Source: Escherichia coli (GTDB lineage Bacteria > Pseudomonadota > Gammaproteobacteria > Enterobacterales > Enterobacteriaceae). From it: a stretch of 64,000 nt of DNA. Position numbers and translations under genes: made by a program. The DNA lies in NCBI RefSeq assembly GCF_003334305.1, contig NZ_QOWS01000019.1. One strand, given 5' to 3'. Below, piece after piece: positions 29,201 to 40,633 of the stretch. The notes beneath the pieces were generated by a model that saw only the letters and a program-made list of their open reading frames with translations, had not been told where the DNA came from and searched no databases. The number at the start of each line of letters is the position of its first letter. Positions within the stretch are counted from its first letter, which is position 1.

Positions 29201-31520
29201 AGCCGCTCTCCAGCTTCAGTGCCGTGAACGGTGAATCAGCCACAGGCAGGGAGGCCGGTTCAGCCCGTCCCGGCACAACAACCGTCATCGCGTCCTCGCT
29301 GACGGATGCCACCTGCAAGCGGTCACCGCCGGAGACGCGGAGTCCGGGAATTTTCCCGGTCACCCTCAGACGCTCGCCGTCTGCCACCGGCATTTTTTCC
29401 GGCCGGAACAGCGACCAGCTGCTGTCCAGAGAAGAAATACGCACCACCTGCGTTTCACCCTGCGCATCCCGCAGGGTCAGGCTGTGACTCTGCGCCGTCA
29501 CCCGGTCTATCACATAGCGGTCATGACTGCGTGTCTCCGGGTTCCACTGCTCCATCACCATCCCCGGGCGGTACATATCCCGCAGATAACGGCTCCGGCT
29601 GTCCAGCCAGACCGGTGACAGGGCGGTCATGGTCACCTCCGGGTGTCCGAGCACGCCCTGTGTTTTCAGCTCACTGCGAATGGCCTGTGTCAGTATGACC
29701 TGTTCCCGTACCCCGCTGACCTGTGCCACGCTCTCTTCTCCGGCTTTCACGCTGGCCGCAAAATCTCCCGCCAGCCGGGCATAACGGACATTGCGGTCCG
29801 GTTCACTGATGATGGTGGCCGGTCGCTGTTCTCCCCCCTGCCAGCGATATGTGTTCACCCCGGCATCCTTCATGGCCATAAGTGCACTGCCTGTACCGGT
29901 TCGCTGCCCGCTGTCGGTTATCAGGACCTGTACGTTATGACGTGCGGCACCATCCAGCAGGGTTAACGTCTCTTTCAGGGAGAGTTTTTCGCCCTGGTCA
30001 ACGATAACAGTATTGCCCGGCGTGAAGGCCATGCCTTCCAGCAGCTGACGACGTCCGGTTATCAGCTCACCGGACAGCCGTTCATCCTGCTTCAGGTTCA
30101 TCTGCGAGCGACGGTCAGCAGCGATAATCTGCACCTCCCGCCCCTGCTCCCGGGCCATCATGACCAGTTCAGCCACCCGCTCACGCTGCCCGGCTGCACC
30201 GCCCTGCCCGGACACAATGGCCAGCGACGGGCGATCCTGTGCCAGAACACTGACGGCATCGCTGTAACCGGCCGTCCGGGGGACACTTTTCTCCGGATGT
30301 ACGGTCACCCGGTTCTGTTTCATGATGTCACGACTGAGTGCCCGGACTGACAGCTCATCGAGCACATGAATCCCGGACGTGAACAGCCCCTTCTCACGAT
30401 CGAGGGGGATAAGCTGCTCACGGCTGATGGCCTCATCGATACCGGCGCGTGCCCGTTCAATCACACCATTTTCCGGCGGCAGTATGCCGACCGTTCTGGC
30501 CAGCACGTCCGTGTACGTAAACTGCACTTTTCGTTCACTTAATCCGGCAATGGCCTGTGTCACCGCCTGCTGCACATCCGGCCCCTCCTGTGAAACAGCC
30601 CCGGGCGCCTGCGTGCGGGTCTCCGCACGCTGATCCGCCGCGTCACGATATGCCCGGATGTCGAACCCGGTTTCCTTCAGCGTCTGCATCCATTCAGCCA
30701 TTCTGACTTCAGGATCGACGTGCTGTTTGGATTTTCGCGTATCCAGTGCCGCCACATCCCGGGATTTCAGCGAGGCATCTTCCCCGACGGCCTCCCGGAT
30801 TGCCTGTGAGCGTCCGGAAAAGGCCTCCACCGGTACGCCCGGCATCTCCCACATACCGTGCTTACCCACCACTTCGGTTTCATAGCCCAGCGCCTCAACC
30901 TGCTCTTTCAGTTTTTCCCGGTAGAGCCTGCCAAAGGCAATCTGATTAGCGTACACATTCTCAATGAACCCCGTTTTCCCCACTTTGTCACTGCTCAGTG
31001 TCTTCCACTCACCGTTATGCTGCGTGACATTAGCCACCACCGCATGCGTGTGTAACTGTGGTTCCTGATCGCGACTGGTGTCGTGGTTAAACAGTGCCAT
31101 CACCAGATTACCGGTCAGTACCGTTTCTGACTGTCCGTCCGTCATCACCCGTGTGGAGGCCAGCGCCTCCACCTGACGAACAGCAAAGTCCACGGCCTGG
31201 TTATGTGCATCAATCAGGCGCTTATCGCCACCTAACATGGCCATCATGGAGACACTTTTGGGGGCGGAGAAGGTCAGGTCGTAGCCGGGACGATGCCTGT
31301 TACTGCCATCCTGCATGCGGCTTAGATCCGCTCCGTCCGGCAGCCTTCCCTCCAGAAGACGGGTAAAAACATCCTTATCGACACTGCCCTGCAGTCCCAG
31401 CTGTTCAGCCCCCCTGCCGGCCCAGCGTTCTCCCATGCTGCCCAGTACATAGTAATTATCCTTGTCGGTATAATAGTTACCGGCACTTCCGGCCGATCTG
31501 ACCTGCGCGATACTCATCAT
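26250..31520 (-). CDS. traI: Relaxase/helicase TraI
   Basis: 1756-aa ORF with N-terminal relaxase domain and helicase motifs. Confidence 0.95.
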   Translation of the reverse strand: MMSIAQVRSAGSAGNYYTDKDNYYVLGSMGERWAGRGAEQLGLQGSVDKDVFTRLLEGRLPDGADLSRMQDGSNRHRPGYDLTFSAPKSVSMMAMLGGDKRLIDAHNQAVDFAVRQVEALASTRVMTDGQSETVLTGNLVMALFNHDTSRDQEPQLHTHAVVANVTQHNGEWKTLSSDKVGKTGFIENVYANQIAFGRLYREKLKEQVEALGYETEVVGKHGMWEMPGVPVEAFSGRSQAIREAVGEDASLKSRDVAALDTRKSKQHVDPEVRMAEWMQTLKETGFDIRAYRDAADQRAETRTQAPGAVSQEGPDVQQAVTQAIAGLSERKVQFTYTDVLARTVGILPPENGVIERARAGIDEAISREQLIPLDREKGLFTSGIHVLDELSVRALSRDIMKQNRVTVHPEKSVPRTAGYSDAVSVLAQDRPSLAIVSGQGGAAGQRERVAELVMMAREQGREVQIIAADRRSQMNLKQDERLSGELITGRRQLLEGMAFTPGNTVIVDQGEKLSLKETLTLLDGAARHNVQVLITDSGQRTGTGSALMAMKDAGVNTYRWQGGEQRPATIISEPDRNVRYARLAGDFAASVKAGEESVAQVSGVREQVILTQAIRSELKTQGVLGHPEVTMTALSPVWLDSRSRYLRDMYRPGMVMEQWNPETRSHDRYVIDRVTAQSHSLTLRDAQGETQVVRISSLDSSWSLFRPEKMPVADGERLRVTGKIPGLRVSGGDRLQVASVSEDAMTVVVPGRAEPASLPVADSPFTALKLESGWVETPGHSVSDSAKVFASVTQMAMDNATLNGLARSGRDVRLYSSLDETRTAEKLARHPSFTVVSEQIKARAGETLLETAISLQKAGLHTPAQQAIHLALPVLESKNLAFSMVDLLTEAKSFAAEGTSFTDLGGEINAQIKRGDLLYVDVAKGYGTGLLVSRASYEAEKSILRHILEGKEAVTPLMERVPGELMEKLTSGQRAATRMILETSDRFTVVQGYAGVGKTTQFRAVMSAVNMLPESGRPRVVGLGPTHRAVGEMRSAGVDAQTLASFLHDTQLQQRSGETPDFSNTLFLLDESSMVGNTDMARAYALIAAGGGRAVASGDTDQLQAIAPGQPFRLQQTRSAADVAIMKEIVRQTPELREAVYSLINRDVERALSGLESVKPSQVPRQEGAWAPEHSVTEFSHSQEAKLAEAQQKAMLKGEAFPDVPMTLYEAIVRDYTGRTPEAREQTLIVTHLNEDRRVLNSMIHDAREKAGELGKEQVMVPVLNTANIRDGELRRLSTWETHRDALVLVDNVYHRIAGISKDDGLITLQDAEGNTRLISPREAVAEGVTLYTPDTIRVGTGDRMRFTKSDRERGYVANSVWTVTAVSGDSVTLSGGQQTRVIRPAQVRAEQHIDLAYAITAHGAQGASETFAIALEGTEGSRKLMAGFESAYVALSRMKQHVQVYTDNRQGWTDAINNAVQKGTAHDVFEPKPDREVMNAERLFSTARELRDVAAGRAVLRQAGLAGGDTPARFIAPGRKYPQPYVALPAFDRNGKSAGIWLNPLTTDDGNGLRGFSGEGRVKGSGDAQFVALQGSRNGESLLADNMQDGVRIARDNPDSGVVVRIAGEGRPWNPGAITGGRVWGDIPDNSVQPGAGNGEPVTAEVLAQRQAEEAIRRETERRADEIVRKMAENKPDLPDSKTEQAVREIAGQERDRSAISEREAALPESVLRESQREREAVREVARENLLQERLQQMEQDMVRDLQKEKTLGGD

Positions 31521-33682
31521 CAGAAATCATCTCCCGGCTCAACATCCTCCCCACGCTCCCGGTGCACATTAATGTTCACCTCTTCACGACGCTGCATCTG
31601 CTGCTGGATGTCCGGATGATTTTCCTGTTGCCATGCCTCATAAGCGGCCATATCCACCACTTCACCGGATTCACTGATCCCGGGTGGCAGTTGCTGTTCC
31701 ATCTCTTCTTCCGGTTTCATTTTCAGCTCCTGCTCGATCCCCCCTGCCGGAACATTCACACCTGAATCTGACTTCTTATCGTTTATGGCAGGAGACACCG
31801 GCTGTTGCGGCTGTTGCGGCTGTTCAGCCTGAGTCACGTCTTCTCCGGAAACAACTTCCGGCACATCCGGTTCGAAGAGGCTGGCCATCTGACGACCTTC
31901 TGCTTCCCTTGCGGCAAGTACGGCACTCAGACGGTTCTCCATTTCTGGGTTGATGTCACGCGGAATAAACTCAGGGGCAACCTTCGGACGTGCCTGATAT
32001 TTCAGTGAGAGTTTTACTGCCGGATACGGTCCGGGCAGGGTGACATAACAGGTCAGATCCGGCAGAGACTGAATGTCGGAATAACTGACCAGCGTCTGGC
32101 GCTCCATATCCTTACCGGTCGATACCCCGTCACGTACCGGATCAGCACCGTAGGAATACTGCTCGCTGGCTTTCAGGTGCTCTTTCTCACCAATCTCACC
32201 GGCAGCGAACTCTGCAATCTTATGGCTGGGAGAACGGAAAAAGGCACGAGTGTTCATGACGTCAAACAGCGTGGCAGCCGCTTTCTCACCGTAGATATCT
32301 TCCAGCTGGGCATAGGACTGGATACCAAACACATAACAGCCACCGAACTTACGGGCTTCCGGCAGGATCTCCACCAGGTCCGGCAGTTTGTGTAACGTGG
32401 GTAGCTCATCACAGAAAAACCACACACGACGGTTACGGTTTTCTCCCATTGCCAGCAGACCACGAATGGCAATGGACAGCCACATGGAGATCACCGGCTT
32501 CAGGGAGGCATGGGTGTCGGCATTCGACGAGATAAACAGCCAGCCGTTTTTCTGATCTTCCCGGACACCCCGCATCCAGTCACGGATGGTAAAAGACTCA
32601 CCGTTATGCTCAATCCCCTGCAGGTAACGGATGGCTTTCACGTAGTTGGTCAGCACAGCACGGATGGAAATCGCCGTTTTCTCAATTTTCTCTTCCACCA
32701 GGTTGGCCGCCGGTGAATTACGCAGGAAGGTACGCAGTTTTTCGATTTTGATGGAAAGCAGTGTGTCCACCAGTTTGCTGTAGCTGCGGTTGGGGTCATT
32801 ACGCATCAGGTACGCCGCTTCCGCAAAAATGGTACGTCCTGAACCCTGCCAGAACGGGTCCTCTTTTGTGCCCATCGGGATCAGAGTATTTGCGGTATTA
32901 TCAAAATCCGGCTGTGTCAGGCACTCCTTCCACAAATCCCAGGCGGCACAGCGGGCATCCAGCGGATTCAGGATTTTATCGATGGAGGGATCATAGTAAC
33001 TTTTAACAAATTCCCCTGAACGGTCATAAATCACCACCATATCTCCACGCTGACGGGCGTAGTTGGCCAGACGACGGATAACTTCCGACTTACCGGCCCC
33101 GACCGTGCCGTGCAGACAGAAGTTCTGGATTTCGGAATCCCGGATAATCGGCAGGTCGCCAATCCGTATATCGGAGTCCTTGCCGTCTTTTTTCAGCATC
33201 CGGGCAACGTCTTTCGGGTTCTCCGTCAGCTGACGACCACCTGTGACTTCATTTTCGCTCTGTTGTTTACCCTGACGCCCCAGAATCCAGGAGACAACAA
33301 AGAAGGTAATCAGGCAAATAACCAGTGCCACAACTGTAGCCAGGACGAATGCGGACCATAGCTGCTCTCCGCACCAGATCATATATTTATCATGCAGTAC
33401 CTGAGCAGCGTTCATCCGGAAGGTTTTGCCGTAATACTGGATCTCATAGACCGGCTGGGACTTGATTAAATCCCGCATGCCCTCCAGCGTGGTACACCAC
33501 CAGTAAATACAGCCGTTCACAAACGTCTGCCAGCTTATTTTTACCCATAAAACCAGACCAACGAGTATCCAGAAAAAAATAAACAGGCAGTAAAGCATGA
33601 TATTGGCGATCTGGCTGAACATGCGGATACGCATGGACGCAATCTGACCGCCCTGGGTCATATCCTTTGCGTTAAAACTCAT
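31520..33682 (-). CDS. traD: Type IV coupling protein TraD
   Basis: 720-aa ORF with N-terminal membrane helices, Walker A (GTVGAGKS) and C-terminal QQP repeats. Confidence 0.95.
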   Translation of the reverse strand: MSFNAKDMTQGGQIASMRIRMFSQIANIMLYCLFIFFWILVGLVLWVKISWQTFVNGCIYWWCTTLEGMRDLIKSQPVYEIQYYGKTFRMNAAQVLHDKYMIWCGEQLWSAFVLATVVALVICLITFFVVSWILGRQGKQQSENEVTGGRQLTENPKDVARMLKKDGKDSDIRIGDLPIIRDSEIQNFCLHGTVGAGKSEVIRRLANYARQRGDMVVIYDRSGEFVKSYYDPSIDKILNPLDARCAAWDLWKECLTQPDFDNTANTLIPMGTKEDPFWQGSGRTIFAEAAYLMRNDPNRSYSKLVDTLLSIKIEKLRTFLRNSPAANLVEEKIEKTAISIRAVLTNYVKAIRYLQGIEHNGESFTIRDWMRGVREDQKNGWLFISSNADTHASLKPVISMWLSIAIRGLLAMGENRNRRVWFFCDELPTLHKLPDLVEILPEARKFGGCYVFGIQSYAQLEDIYGEKAAATLFDVMNTRAFFRSPSHKIAEFAAGEIGEKEHLKASEQYSYGADPVRDGVSTGKDMERQTLVSYSDIQSLPDLTCYVTLPGPYPAVKLSLKYQARPKVAPEFIPRDINPEMENRLSAVLAAREAEGRQMASLFEPDVPEVVSGEDVTQAEQPQQPQQPVSPAINDKKSDSGVNVPAGGIEQELKMKPEEEMEQQLPPGISESGEVVDMAAYEAWQQENHPDIQQQMQRREEVNINVHRERGEDVEPGDDF

Positions 33683-33933
33683 GATGATATTCCGAAGAAA
33701 AAAGTCAGTCGGACTGATTATTAATGATGAAAAGATTAATAACCGTTAAATTCCGGCTTCGCCGGCAACACTTCACGGTCGCACAAAGAATTTGCACAAC
33801 CGCTCAGTGTTTTCATATTTATTTCGGAAACGCCGGGGAGAAATAAAATTTATTTTATTTCTTTCCGGGGTTGGACAACGAGCAAAGCGAGGCGTCAGTC
33901 AGGAGGCCGGTCAGACCAGCCTCCGGAAGATAA

Positions 33934-34665
33934 TCAGAGAATATTTGCGATTGATTTGGCCAGTTGGTCTTCGAGAACAGGCTTCGCCTCTTCAAATTTC
34001 AGGTTAACCTTGTTCGCATTTGAGACCACACGGGTCTGGTATTTATGCTGGTTACCTGTTTCAGTACTGGTCTGAATTTTCGCACCTGATGTGCCCTGAC
34101 GCAGGGCGGCAACATTATCCGTTGTCACCGTTGCCTTAGTACGCTCTGCAATCTGCACATCCGTGATCATGGTATAGTTCACATCTTCCACCATCGCATC
34201 TGCAGCCATACCCACCAGACCGGCAGCAAGGCCCACACCGAGTGTGGCACCGGCAGAACTGGAATTATATCCGGTGATACCGGCACCTAACGCTGCACCA
34301 ACTGCTGCGCCCTCATAACCACGGTTCAGCCATCCCTGAGACTCCCGCAGATCCATCTTATCGGCCTTCAGCACATTCGCCTGAATCCAGTAGTAGGCTT
34401 TATCCGGAGAAGTCACCACCTGATATCCTTTTGCTTTCACAGCATCAGCAATTTTGCCCTGCAGCCCACTCATGTCTTTATCAGACGTGTTTTTGATCTG
34501 CAGAAATACCGTGCGTTCGCTGGCGGGTTCAAGCCAGATGGTCTCACTCATCTGAGTCTTCACCTCAAGGTTACGCTTCTTGATTGCTGTGCTCATCGCA
34601 CCACACCCTGAAAGGGCCAGAGTGGAACTGACCAGTGCAACCGTCATCAATTTTTTTGTTTTCAT
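33934..34665 (-). CDS. traT: Surface exclusion / serum resistance lipoprotein TraT
   Basis: 243 aa from ATG 34665; lipoprotein signal peptide (LALSGC). Confidence 0.95.
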   Translation of the reverse strand: MKTKKLMTVALVSSTLALSGCGAMSTAIKKRNLEVKTQMSETIWLEPASERTVFLQIKNTSDKDMSGLQGKIADAVKAKGYQVVTSPDKAYYWIQANVLKADKMDLRESQGWLNRGYEGAAVGAALGAGITGYNSSSAGATLGVGLAAGLVGMAADAMVEDVNYTMITDVQIAERTKATVTTDNVAALRQGTSGAKIQTSTETGNQHKYQTRVVSNANKVNLKFEEAKPVLEDQLAKSIANIL

Positions 34666-34696
34666 CAAATTACCTTTATTACAAACCACAGTTTTC

Positions 34697-35212
34697 TTAT
34701 CGCCTGTCATCATAGTCCTGCCAACAAGTCCCAAAAGTATTTCCTGCTGAATCAAATCCTCCATGCATAGCTAATCCTGTTGCCGGATTAGTACGATAAA
34801 AATCCACATAATCAAAATTCACATCATCAAAATCCAGATGCAAATCTTCATTAGTTTGTTCATTTACCTGAGATTGCATCCATTCTCTTACACTTACACA
34901 ACCACTAATTCGCCTTAATTCGTATAGTGTACCAATGATAAAAACCATCAGGCTTAATAACGGAGAGAGTAAGGAAGATACTGGCATCAGTATATACCAA
35001 ACGCCTTTACTGAATTTAAACTCATCCGACACATGCCGTTTTTTTCGTATTTGAGAAAATAACCATATAAACAATCCCTGCCATAGTACAATAAAGCACA
35101 GGATAAAAACTGTTTCGGCACTCCCCCAATCAGCCAGATAACAGGCAATGAACTGTATCACCGTCACCAGAGCAATATGAGCTAAATTTTTCATTATCAT
35201 CTCCCCATACAA
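34697..35212 (-). CDS. traS: Entry exclusion inner-membrane protein TraS (start uncertain)
   Basis: Hydrophobic ORF between traG and traT. Confidence 0.6.
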   Translation of the reverse strand: MYGEMIMKNLAHIALVTVIQFIACYLADWGSAETVFILCFIVLWQGLFIWLFSQIRKKRHVSDEFKFSKGVWYILMPVSSLLSPLLSLMVFIIGTLYELRRISGCVSVREWMQSQVNEQTNEDLHLDFDDVNFDYVDFYRTNPATGLAMHGGFDSAGNTFGTCWQDYDDRR

Positions 35213-35214
35213 TA

Positions 35215-38037
35215 TTATTGCTTGTGCTTATCCTGATACTCCTTTGCTCTTTTCATCAGTTCCTGTGGACTGTCAGCCCCGGGCATTCTTTCCTGACCCG
35301 ATTTTTCTTCATTATATTTATTATTCTGAGATAATGCCTCTGTTTTATGGTGATTTTGTAGTTCAGAATACTGTCTTCCTACAATATTTTCTTCGCCACG
35401 TATGCTGCTCTGAGTATCTCCGATATTGCCTCGGTATTCTGTGACCATATTATCAACCTGATGTTTTACATCATTACGGATATTACTGTCCTGCGTTCTT
35501 TGCTCAATAATGGCCTGATGCCCCTGATGATCAGCAATAATATCCTGGCTGCCCCCCCCCGAAGGTACGCTCTCCATTCCTTTACCGATGTCCCCACGGG
35601 ATTCACGCCAGGCATTATCAACACCAGGCTGCACCTGTTCCTGAACAAAAGACCACGCCATAGCCCGACGGCGTTCTGCAATCTCCGGGGAACTGGTGTT
35701 TGTCAGAATAGCTTCGGCATCCTGCGGCGCGTGTTTCATCACATACTGTGCAAACTGTTGCGACAGGTCTTCACTCATCTGCCCACTCATGCTTTCAGTA
35801 CGGGATGCCATTTCAGCATATTCATGGCTGCGGGTCATATTCGTCGTGTACTGGTCGTAACTCTGTTTTGCTGAGTTCAGGGCTGCAGACAGCTGGTCCA
35901 CACGGGAATCGGCATTATTGTCCGTATGGCTGCCGGATTCACTGACCTTGCGACTGGTAAAGTAATCGCTGGCCTCTTTAAAGTCTTGTGTAGCCCTGGC
36001 ATCGATATCATGGCGAGTATCATGGCTGGCCCGTGAACCACTGCTGGCCTGATGCGCATCCTCATCACTCCAGTCAATACTTGCCCGACCACCACCTCTA
36101 ACACCTACGCCACCACCAACACCAAGAATTTTAGGTTTAACCCCCCATTCAGCATGAGCATCGCCATACATCCCCGCAGAACCTCTCGTACTTCTTGATG
36201 CCAGTTCTCTTGTCGCCTGCTCATTACTGATATTATGCGCCTTCGCATAGCTTTCCACTGCGCTGCGCATACGGCTGGCCATCATGGAGTCCTGTGCGCT
36301 CATCGTGCTGTCAGCACCACCGGTGACAGAATCACTGCTCCCCCGGTTAGAACCAAACTGACTGAGCGAGTTCCAGGCACTGGCAATACTGCTGCTGAAC
36401 CCATGCAGGGCGCTTTCTGCTCTGTTCGACGCCTCCCGGGCCATTTCCTGTTGTGCCGCCGCAATCTGACGCGTTGCATTGATACCGACCGGTAAACGGG
36501 ACATCGCCCCGCTCGCATCCATCACCATATTACCGTCACGAGTCTGTGTGGCGGTTGCGCCACTGCCGGTCTGGTACATCATCTGACCAAACGACGTGGT
36601 GCTGTTGGTGCTCCAGCTGAATCCGTTCACGTTTTCCGTCTGCATGTTGCCGTAGGAGTAATTACCGTCAACCACACTACCTGCCGCACTGGCAGTCGGG
36701 CTGATAGCAGAGGAAGCGAAATGGCTGTACACACTGGAAAATCCGGCCCCGAGTCCCCTGACCATCATCCAGGATAATGGCGGGATCATCATGGAAAGAT
36801 ACCCGGCAGTGGAAGCCAGATCGGAGTATTTCAGCTGTATCTGTGAAATTTCCGAGAGCACCACCGGTGCACCATTCTGCTTCGCATAAAATGTCATGGC
36901 GCTGTTCAGAATGGCGTACAACATTGGCCATGACTGCAACCACATCAGGGCAAACACATAGCCTTTCAGGACGGACAGCGTCAGTTTGTTGAAGACAGCC
37001 GCCAGTACCAGAAGCGGGAAAATACCGATGGCGATCCCCGTCAGGATGGTCTGCGTCATGGGCAGTGTCCGCATCGCCACATGACCGATGGAGACATGTG
37101 CCAGACGTTGCTTCTCCATCGATGACGTGGTGGCCAGATTCACCAGGCTGGCTGAATCACCATTACGCGCGGCATAACTGGTGATCCCCTCCTTCAGCGC
37201 ATTGATGGTGACATTCTGGCGGATGATCTGGCTGGCTGATTTACTTGAGCCATAGAAGTAACTGTAACTGTCGCCAATCAGCGTACTGAACAACAGGTTC
37301 GGATCAGGGCGTCCACCAAATAGCTGCTGGGCATAATAATGCCAGGTTTTTCCGCCACTCTGTGTATCCAGATTCAGCTTGTCTTTCAGCAAAACCGACG
37401 CGTCCTTACAGGTCACGAAATTATTATTGCTGTCATAAACGCCCCGCAGCGGGCTGGGGCGGGAAAAAATCAGCGTGTAGGGATCAGCGGAGGCCATCAG
37501 CTCCTCCAGCGTGTATTTGTGGTTCAGGTAAATATCCCCCATCACGCAGTTCTGCACATAATCCTGGAAAAGATTGGCGATTTCCGGATTGCGGGACAAA
37601 AAGTCGGTGCTTTTTGATACCAGTTCTGCGCCAAACAGCATCCCCGTTTTGCTGTAGGTGACACTGTCCGGTTGCGTGAAGATCATCTCGTAACTGGCCA
37701 CCATTGCATGCCCGATACGGGTCGTCAGTGAAAGTGGCATCGCCAGTCCGACCGGTACATTATCCACCCGGTGAACTTTGACCAGGTCACTGTTATCAAT
37801 AATCTGCACCGATGTGCGGACATTAACCAGCAGGCTGATAAGCACAAACACGGCCACCCAGCCCAGCAAATCCATCACGTTGTGCCGCTGTACCCACATC
37901 ACGGCCACCGCGAGAACAGACAATGTGAGCGCAATTTTTTCAATGGAATCCCACGTCCTGGTTCCCATAAAGGCGGCAATGGCGTTCAGGTTATTCCGCA
38001 ACCACTCACCACCGGCAATCACATAAACTTCATTCAC
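35215..38037 (-). CDS. traG: Mating-pair stabilisation / pilus assembly protein TraG
   Basis: 940-aa ORF, position and size as in F. Confidence 0.95.
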   Translation of the reverse strand: MNEVYVIAGGEWLRNNLNAIAAFMGTRTWDSIEKIALTLSVLAVAVMWVQRHNVMDLLGWVAVFVLISLLVNVRTSVQIIDNSDLVKVHRVDNVPVGLAMPLSLTTRIGHAMVASYEMIFTQPDSVTYSKTGMLFGAELVSKSTDFLSRNPEIANLFQDYVQNCVMGDIYLNHKYTLEELMASADPYTLIFSRPSPLRGVYDSNNNFVTCKDASVLLKDKLNLDTQSGGKTWHYYAQQLFGGRPDPNLLFSTLIGDSYSYFYGSSKSASQIIRQNVTINALKEGITSYAARNGDSASLVNLATTSSMEKQRLAHVSIGHVAMRTLPMTQTILTGIAIGIFPLLVLAAVFNKLTLSVLKGYVFALMWLQSWPMLYAILNSAMTFYAKQNGAPVVLSEISQIQLKYSDLASTAGYLSMMIPPLSWMMVRGLGAGFSSVYSHFASSAISPTASAAGSVVDGNYSYGNMQTENVNGFSWSTNSTTSFGQMMYQTGSGATATQTRDGNMVMDASGAMSRLPVGINATRQIAAAQQEMAREASNRAESALHGFSSSIASAWNSLSQFGSNRGSSDSVTGGADSTMSAQDSMMASRMRSAVESYAKAHNISNEQATRELASRSTRGSAGMYGDAHAEWGVKPKILGVGGGVGVRGGGRASIDWSDEDAHQASSGSRASHDTRHDIDARATQDFKEASDYFTSRKVSESGSHTDNNADSRVDQLSAALNSAKQSYDQYTTNMTRSHEYAEMASRTESMSGQMSEDLSQQFAQYVMKHAPQDAEAILTNTSSPEIAERRRAMAWSFVQEQVQPGVDNAWRESRGDIGKGMESVPSGGGSQDIIADHQGHQAIIEQRTQDSNIRNDVKHQVDNMVTEYRGNIGDTQSSIRGEENIVGRQYSELQNHHKTEALSQNNKYNEEKSGQERMPGADSPQELMKRAKEYQDKHKQ

Positions 38038-39410
38038 AGCGTGCTCCCTCCGAAGTGATAGTTGTTCTGGTAACGACTGAGCATGCGGGCGGAAAGCTGC
38101 TGACGCATGTAGCTCATCTGACGATCGACAACCAGCAGCGCATCCTGCTGTACCTGCACCTGCGACTGAAACGCCGCAATCTGCCGGGTGGCATCATTCA
38201 TGTTGTCGTTAATATGTTCGATAACTGCTTCGTCATAATTTCCTGTGGCCACCATCGCCCGGGCCTGCTGTATCAGCTCCTGAATGTACTGCAGCAGGAT
38301 GTCGTAACCGATATAGTCCGTCAGCTGGTAAATCATACTGTTGGAAACACCGAGCATCTGCGGGTCAACCAGGTATTTGAAGACGGGGATGGTGGTACTG
38401 GAAATAAAGCCTTTTTCCTTGTCATCCAGAGGCGTGTCACTGACCGCCTTGTTCTGAATGCTGGCCAGAAGTTTAGTAATCTGAGACTTCAGTGCATTAT
38501 CCCGGCTGATGGTCACCGGTGTGTCTGCCACCACTTTCAGGCATTTATCAGAATCGTTGCAGTGATAAATTTTTGCTGTGCCGCCTTCCATCATGGCCCG
38601 GATAATTGAGCGGTCAGTGGTTCTGGCTGACAAGGGTGTGATTTCGCCGTTAGGACCAAACACCAGTGAGCCGGTCAGCGTCATCACAAACTCTTTCAGC
38701 TCTTTGTTGCCGTCAAACATTCTGTTTTTGGAAAGCGCATTCCACATGATGTTGATGTTTTTGGTCACCCGCTCCTTATCCTTGTCGCTGGCTTTATCCC
38801 TGACACTGTCAGATTTCCCGCCAACGGTACATCCCTGCCGGGAAGCCGCCCAGTCAGCAAAAATATTGCTCTCACCGGCAATGTCCTGACAGACTTTCTG
38901 CTGGGACACCTGCGTCCGGGGGAAGAGCCCGCCGATAATCCCCTGTGCCGCCTGGCAGGAACTGAGGTTCATACTGTTAATGTCGCTTGCCATTTTCTGC
39001 AGGAAGTCTTTTGCGGTTTTGATTTCCGGCACCGTTGTCTGCAGGGCAAGGTCAAAAAAGTAACCGGCAGCATTGCTCATAATCTGCTTAACAAAACGCT
39101 GCAGCTGCTCGCCATTAATAAAACTGAACGAGCCGAGATAGGCGTCGATGCCGCCACATCCGGCATTGATATCCGGCAGCGTCATGGAAATCAGCTGAAC
39201 ATTTTTGACCTGAGTACGGGCATACAGGGAGCCACCGTAAGCATAACCGGCGGCCTGCCCCTGCCAGACGCCCGGCTGTGTGGTATTGGAGGCGAAGCCC
39301 AGCTTGTTAAAGAACTGATTCATGTCGCTGTTCACATCCGCTGACGCTGCGGGTGTGACCGTCAGTAAAGCAGCACAAAGAACCAGAAGAGGTTTAATGC
39401 GTGGCATCAT
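38034..39410 (-). CDS. traH: Pilus assembly protein TraH
   Basis: 458-aa ORF with signal peptide. Confidence 0.95.
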   Translation of the reverse strand: MMPRIKPLLVLCAALLTVTPAASADVNSDMNQFFNKLGFASNTTQPGVWQGQAAGYAYGGSLYARTQVKNVQLISMTLPDINAGCGGIDAYLGSFSFINGEQLQRFVKQIMSNAAGYFFDLALQTTVPEIKTAKDFLQKMASDINSMNLSSCQAAQGIIGGLFPRTQVSQQKVCQDIAGESNIFADWAASRQGCTVGGKSDSVRDKASDKDKERVTKNINIMWNALSKNRMFDGNKELKEFVMTLTGSLVFGPNGEITPLSARTTDRSIIRAMMEGGTAKIYHCNDSDKCLKVVADTPVTISRDNALKSQITKLLASIQNKAVSDTPLDDKEKGFISSTTIPVFKYLVDPQMLGVSNSMIYQLTDYIGYDILLQYIQELIQQARAMVATGNYDEAVIEHINDNMNDATRQIAAFQSQVQVQQDALLVVDRQMSYMRQQLSARMLSRYQNNYHFGGSTL

Positions 39411-39709
39411 TCTTGCCCTCCCTTAATGTGTTCTCCCGGCGCATACGACATTTCAGCAGGAATATCCCCATATTTCCGTCCAGTCCTGCGGCTGTAATAT
39501 ATTTCAGACACCGAAATCCATCCCACAATTGCCACCACAAAAAACACAACAGAAACAGAAAAGGTAAGGCACAGCGAAACGACAATTTCTACAGGGCTGG
39601 CGGGATAAAAAAGCCCCTGATGGATAAAGGGGATATTCAGGCTGACGATTATTCCCGTCGCGATGCCGGATATTCCGGCAATGAGTAACACCACCTGCTT
39701 ATTTCGCAC
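39407..39709 (-). CDS. trbJ: Small membrane protein in the trbJ position
   Basis: About 100-aa hydrophobic ORF between trbB and traH; start tentatively at GTG 39709; the gap is too short to also hold trbF. Confidence 0.4.
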   Translation of the reverse strand: MRNKQVVLLIAGISGIATGIIVSLNIPFIHQGLFYPASPVEIVVSLCLTFSVSVVFFVVAIVGWISVSEIYYSRRTGRKYGDIPAEMSYAPGEHIKGGQE

Positions 39710-40244
39710 CTTTTTTCCCTCCGTACATCTGCAGAACGGTATCCATCCGCGCCATAAAACCGGCAGCATCCGTTGCCCCCTGTAAAAGCGGTAATGCCTC
39801 AAGCGTGTTGACGTTGACCAGGAAGGTGGTCGGTGTGGCCACCGGGATATTCGGGAAGAAGGTCTGCATCACGTCCGGTGGCACCGGCAATGCCTCCGGA
39901 AAGGCGGTATCCCCCTGACCATCCAGGGTGTAGGGAAAAACGGAAAAGCCGTACTGCTGTGCCAGCTGTTTCAGTACCGGGTCAAACTGGTGACAGTAAG
40001 GGCAATGCCCCTGCATAAACAGCACCACCTTCCAGTCGGCCAGGTTAACCTGCCTGCCGTTGCTGAGGCGGAACCAGCGGGGGGCTGGCTTTTCTGTCCT
40101 GGCTGACGTGCCTGCTGCCGGTTGTGCAGGCTGCGCGGCCATGCCCTGCGGATTCCAGAGTCGTTCAATTTCATCCCGGGTGGAGGCCTGCACGGCAGCG
40201 GCTGCCAGCAACAGGGTGAACAACAGTGATTTAATGAGAGACAT
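39699..40244 (-). CDS. trbB: Periplasmic thioredoxin-like disulfide isomerase TrbB
   Basis: 181-aa ORF with signal peptide and CPYC active site. Confidence 0.85.
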   Translation of the reverse strand: MSLIKSLLFTLLLAAAAVQASTRDEIERLWNPQGMAAQPAQPAAGTSARTEKPAPRWFRLSNGRQVNLADWKVVLFMQGHCPYCHQFDPVLKQLAQQYGFSVFPYTLDGQGDTAFPEALPVPPDVMQTFFPNIPVATPTTFLVNVNTLEALPLLQGATDAAGFMARMDTVLQMYGGKKGAK

Positions 40245-40515
40245 GTCTGCCCTCCTGCTGCCCTTCCATCATGGCCTGTTGCCTGGCTTCCAGTGCCTCA
40301 CGCTCTTCCCGGCTGACACGGGCAATCCATGCATCCAGCACCTGGTATGCGCCGAACAGCACAAGGATGGCCGCAATCAACTCCGCCAGAAAAAAAGCCA
40401 TCCAGGGTTTGCTGTAAACAAGACGGGCGACGATATGAAACCAGACACCCAGGGAAAATACCCACATTCCCGTAATATCAAGCCGGGGTAAAGAGAATCT
40501 GCGTTTACTTATCAT
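40231..40515 (-). CDS. traQ: Pilin chaperone TraQ
   Basis: 94-aa membrane protein in the conserved position. Confidence 0.85.
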   Translation of the reverse strand: MISKRRFSLPRLDITGMWVFSLGVWFHIVARLVYSKPWMAFFLAELIAAILVLFGAYQVLDAWIARVSREEREALEARQQAMMEGQQEGRHVSH

Positions 40516-40633
40516 GTTAAACTCCGGTTATTATTTACATGAGAGTATTTATGTCTGTAATATTCGCGTTTGTGTGATATTAATCAGATCAACCTCATTA
40601 TTTTGTATGGTTTTTATTACCGTTTTATATGAC

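Noticed and set aside
26419-33400. Many plus-strand ORFs of 60-210 codons inside the traI and traD region (for example 26419-27015, 27672-28304, 29306-29698)
   Set aside because: They lie antisense to long, well-supported genes in GC-rich DNA, are rich in Arg/Pro/Ser and have no start or ribosome-binding context; judged to be frame artefacts.
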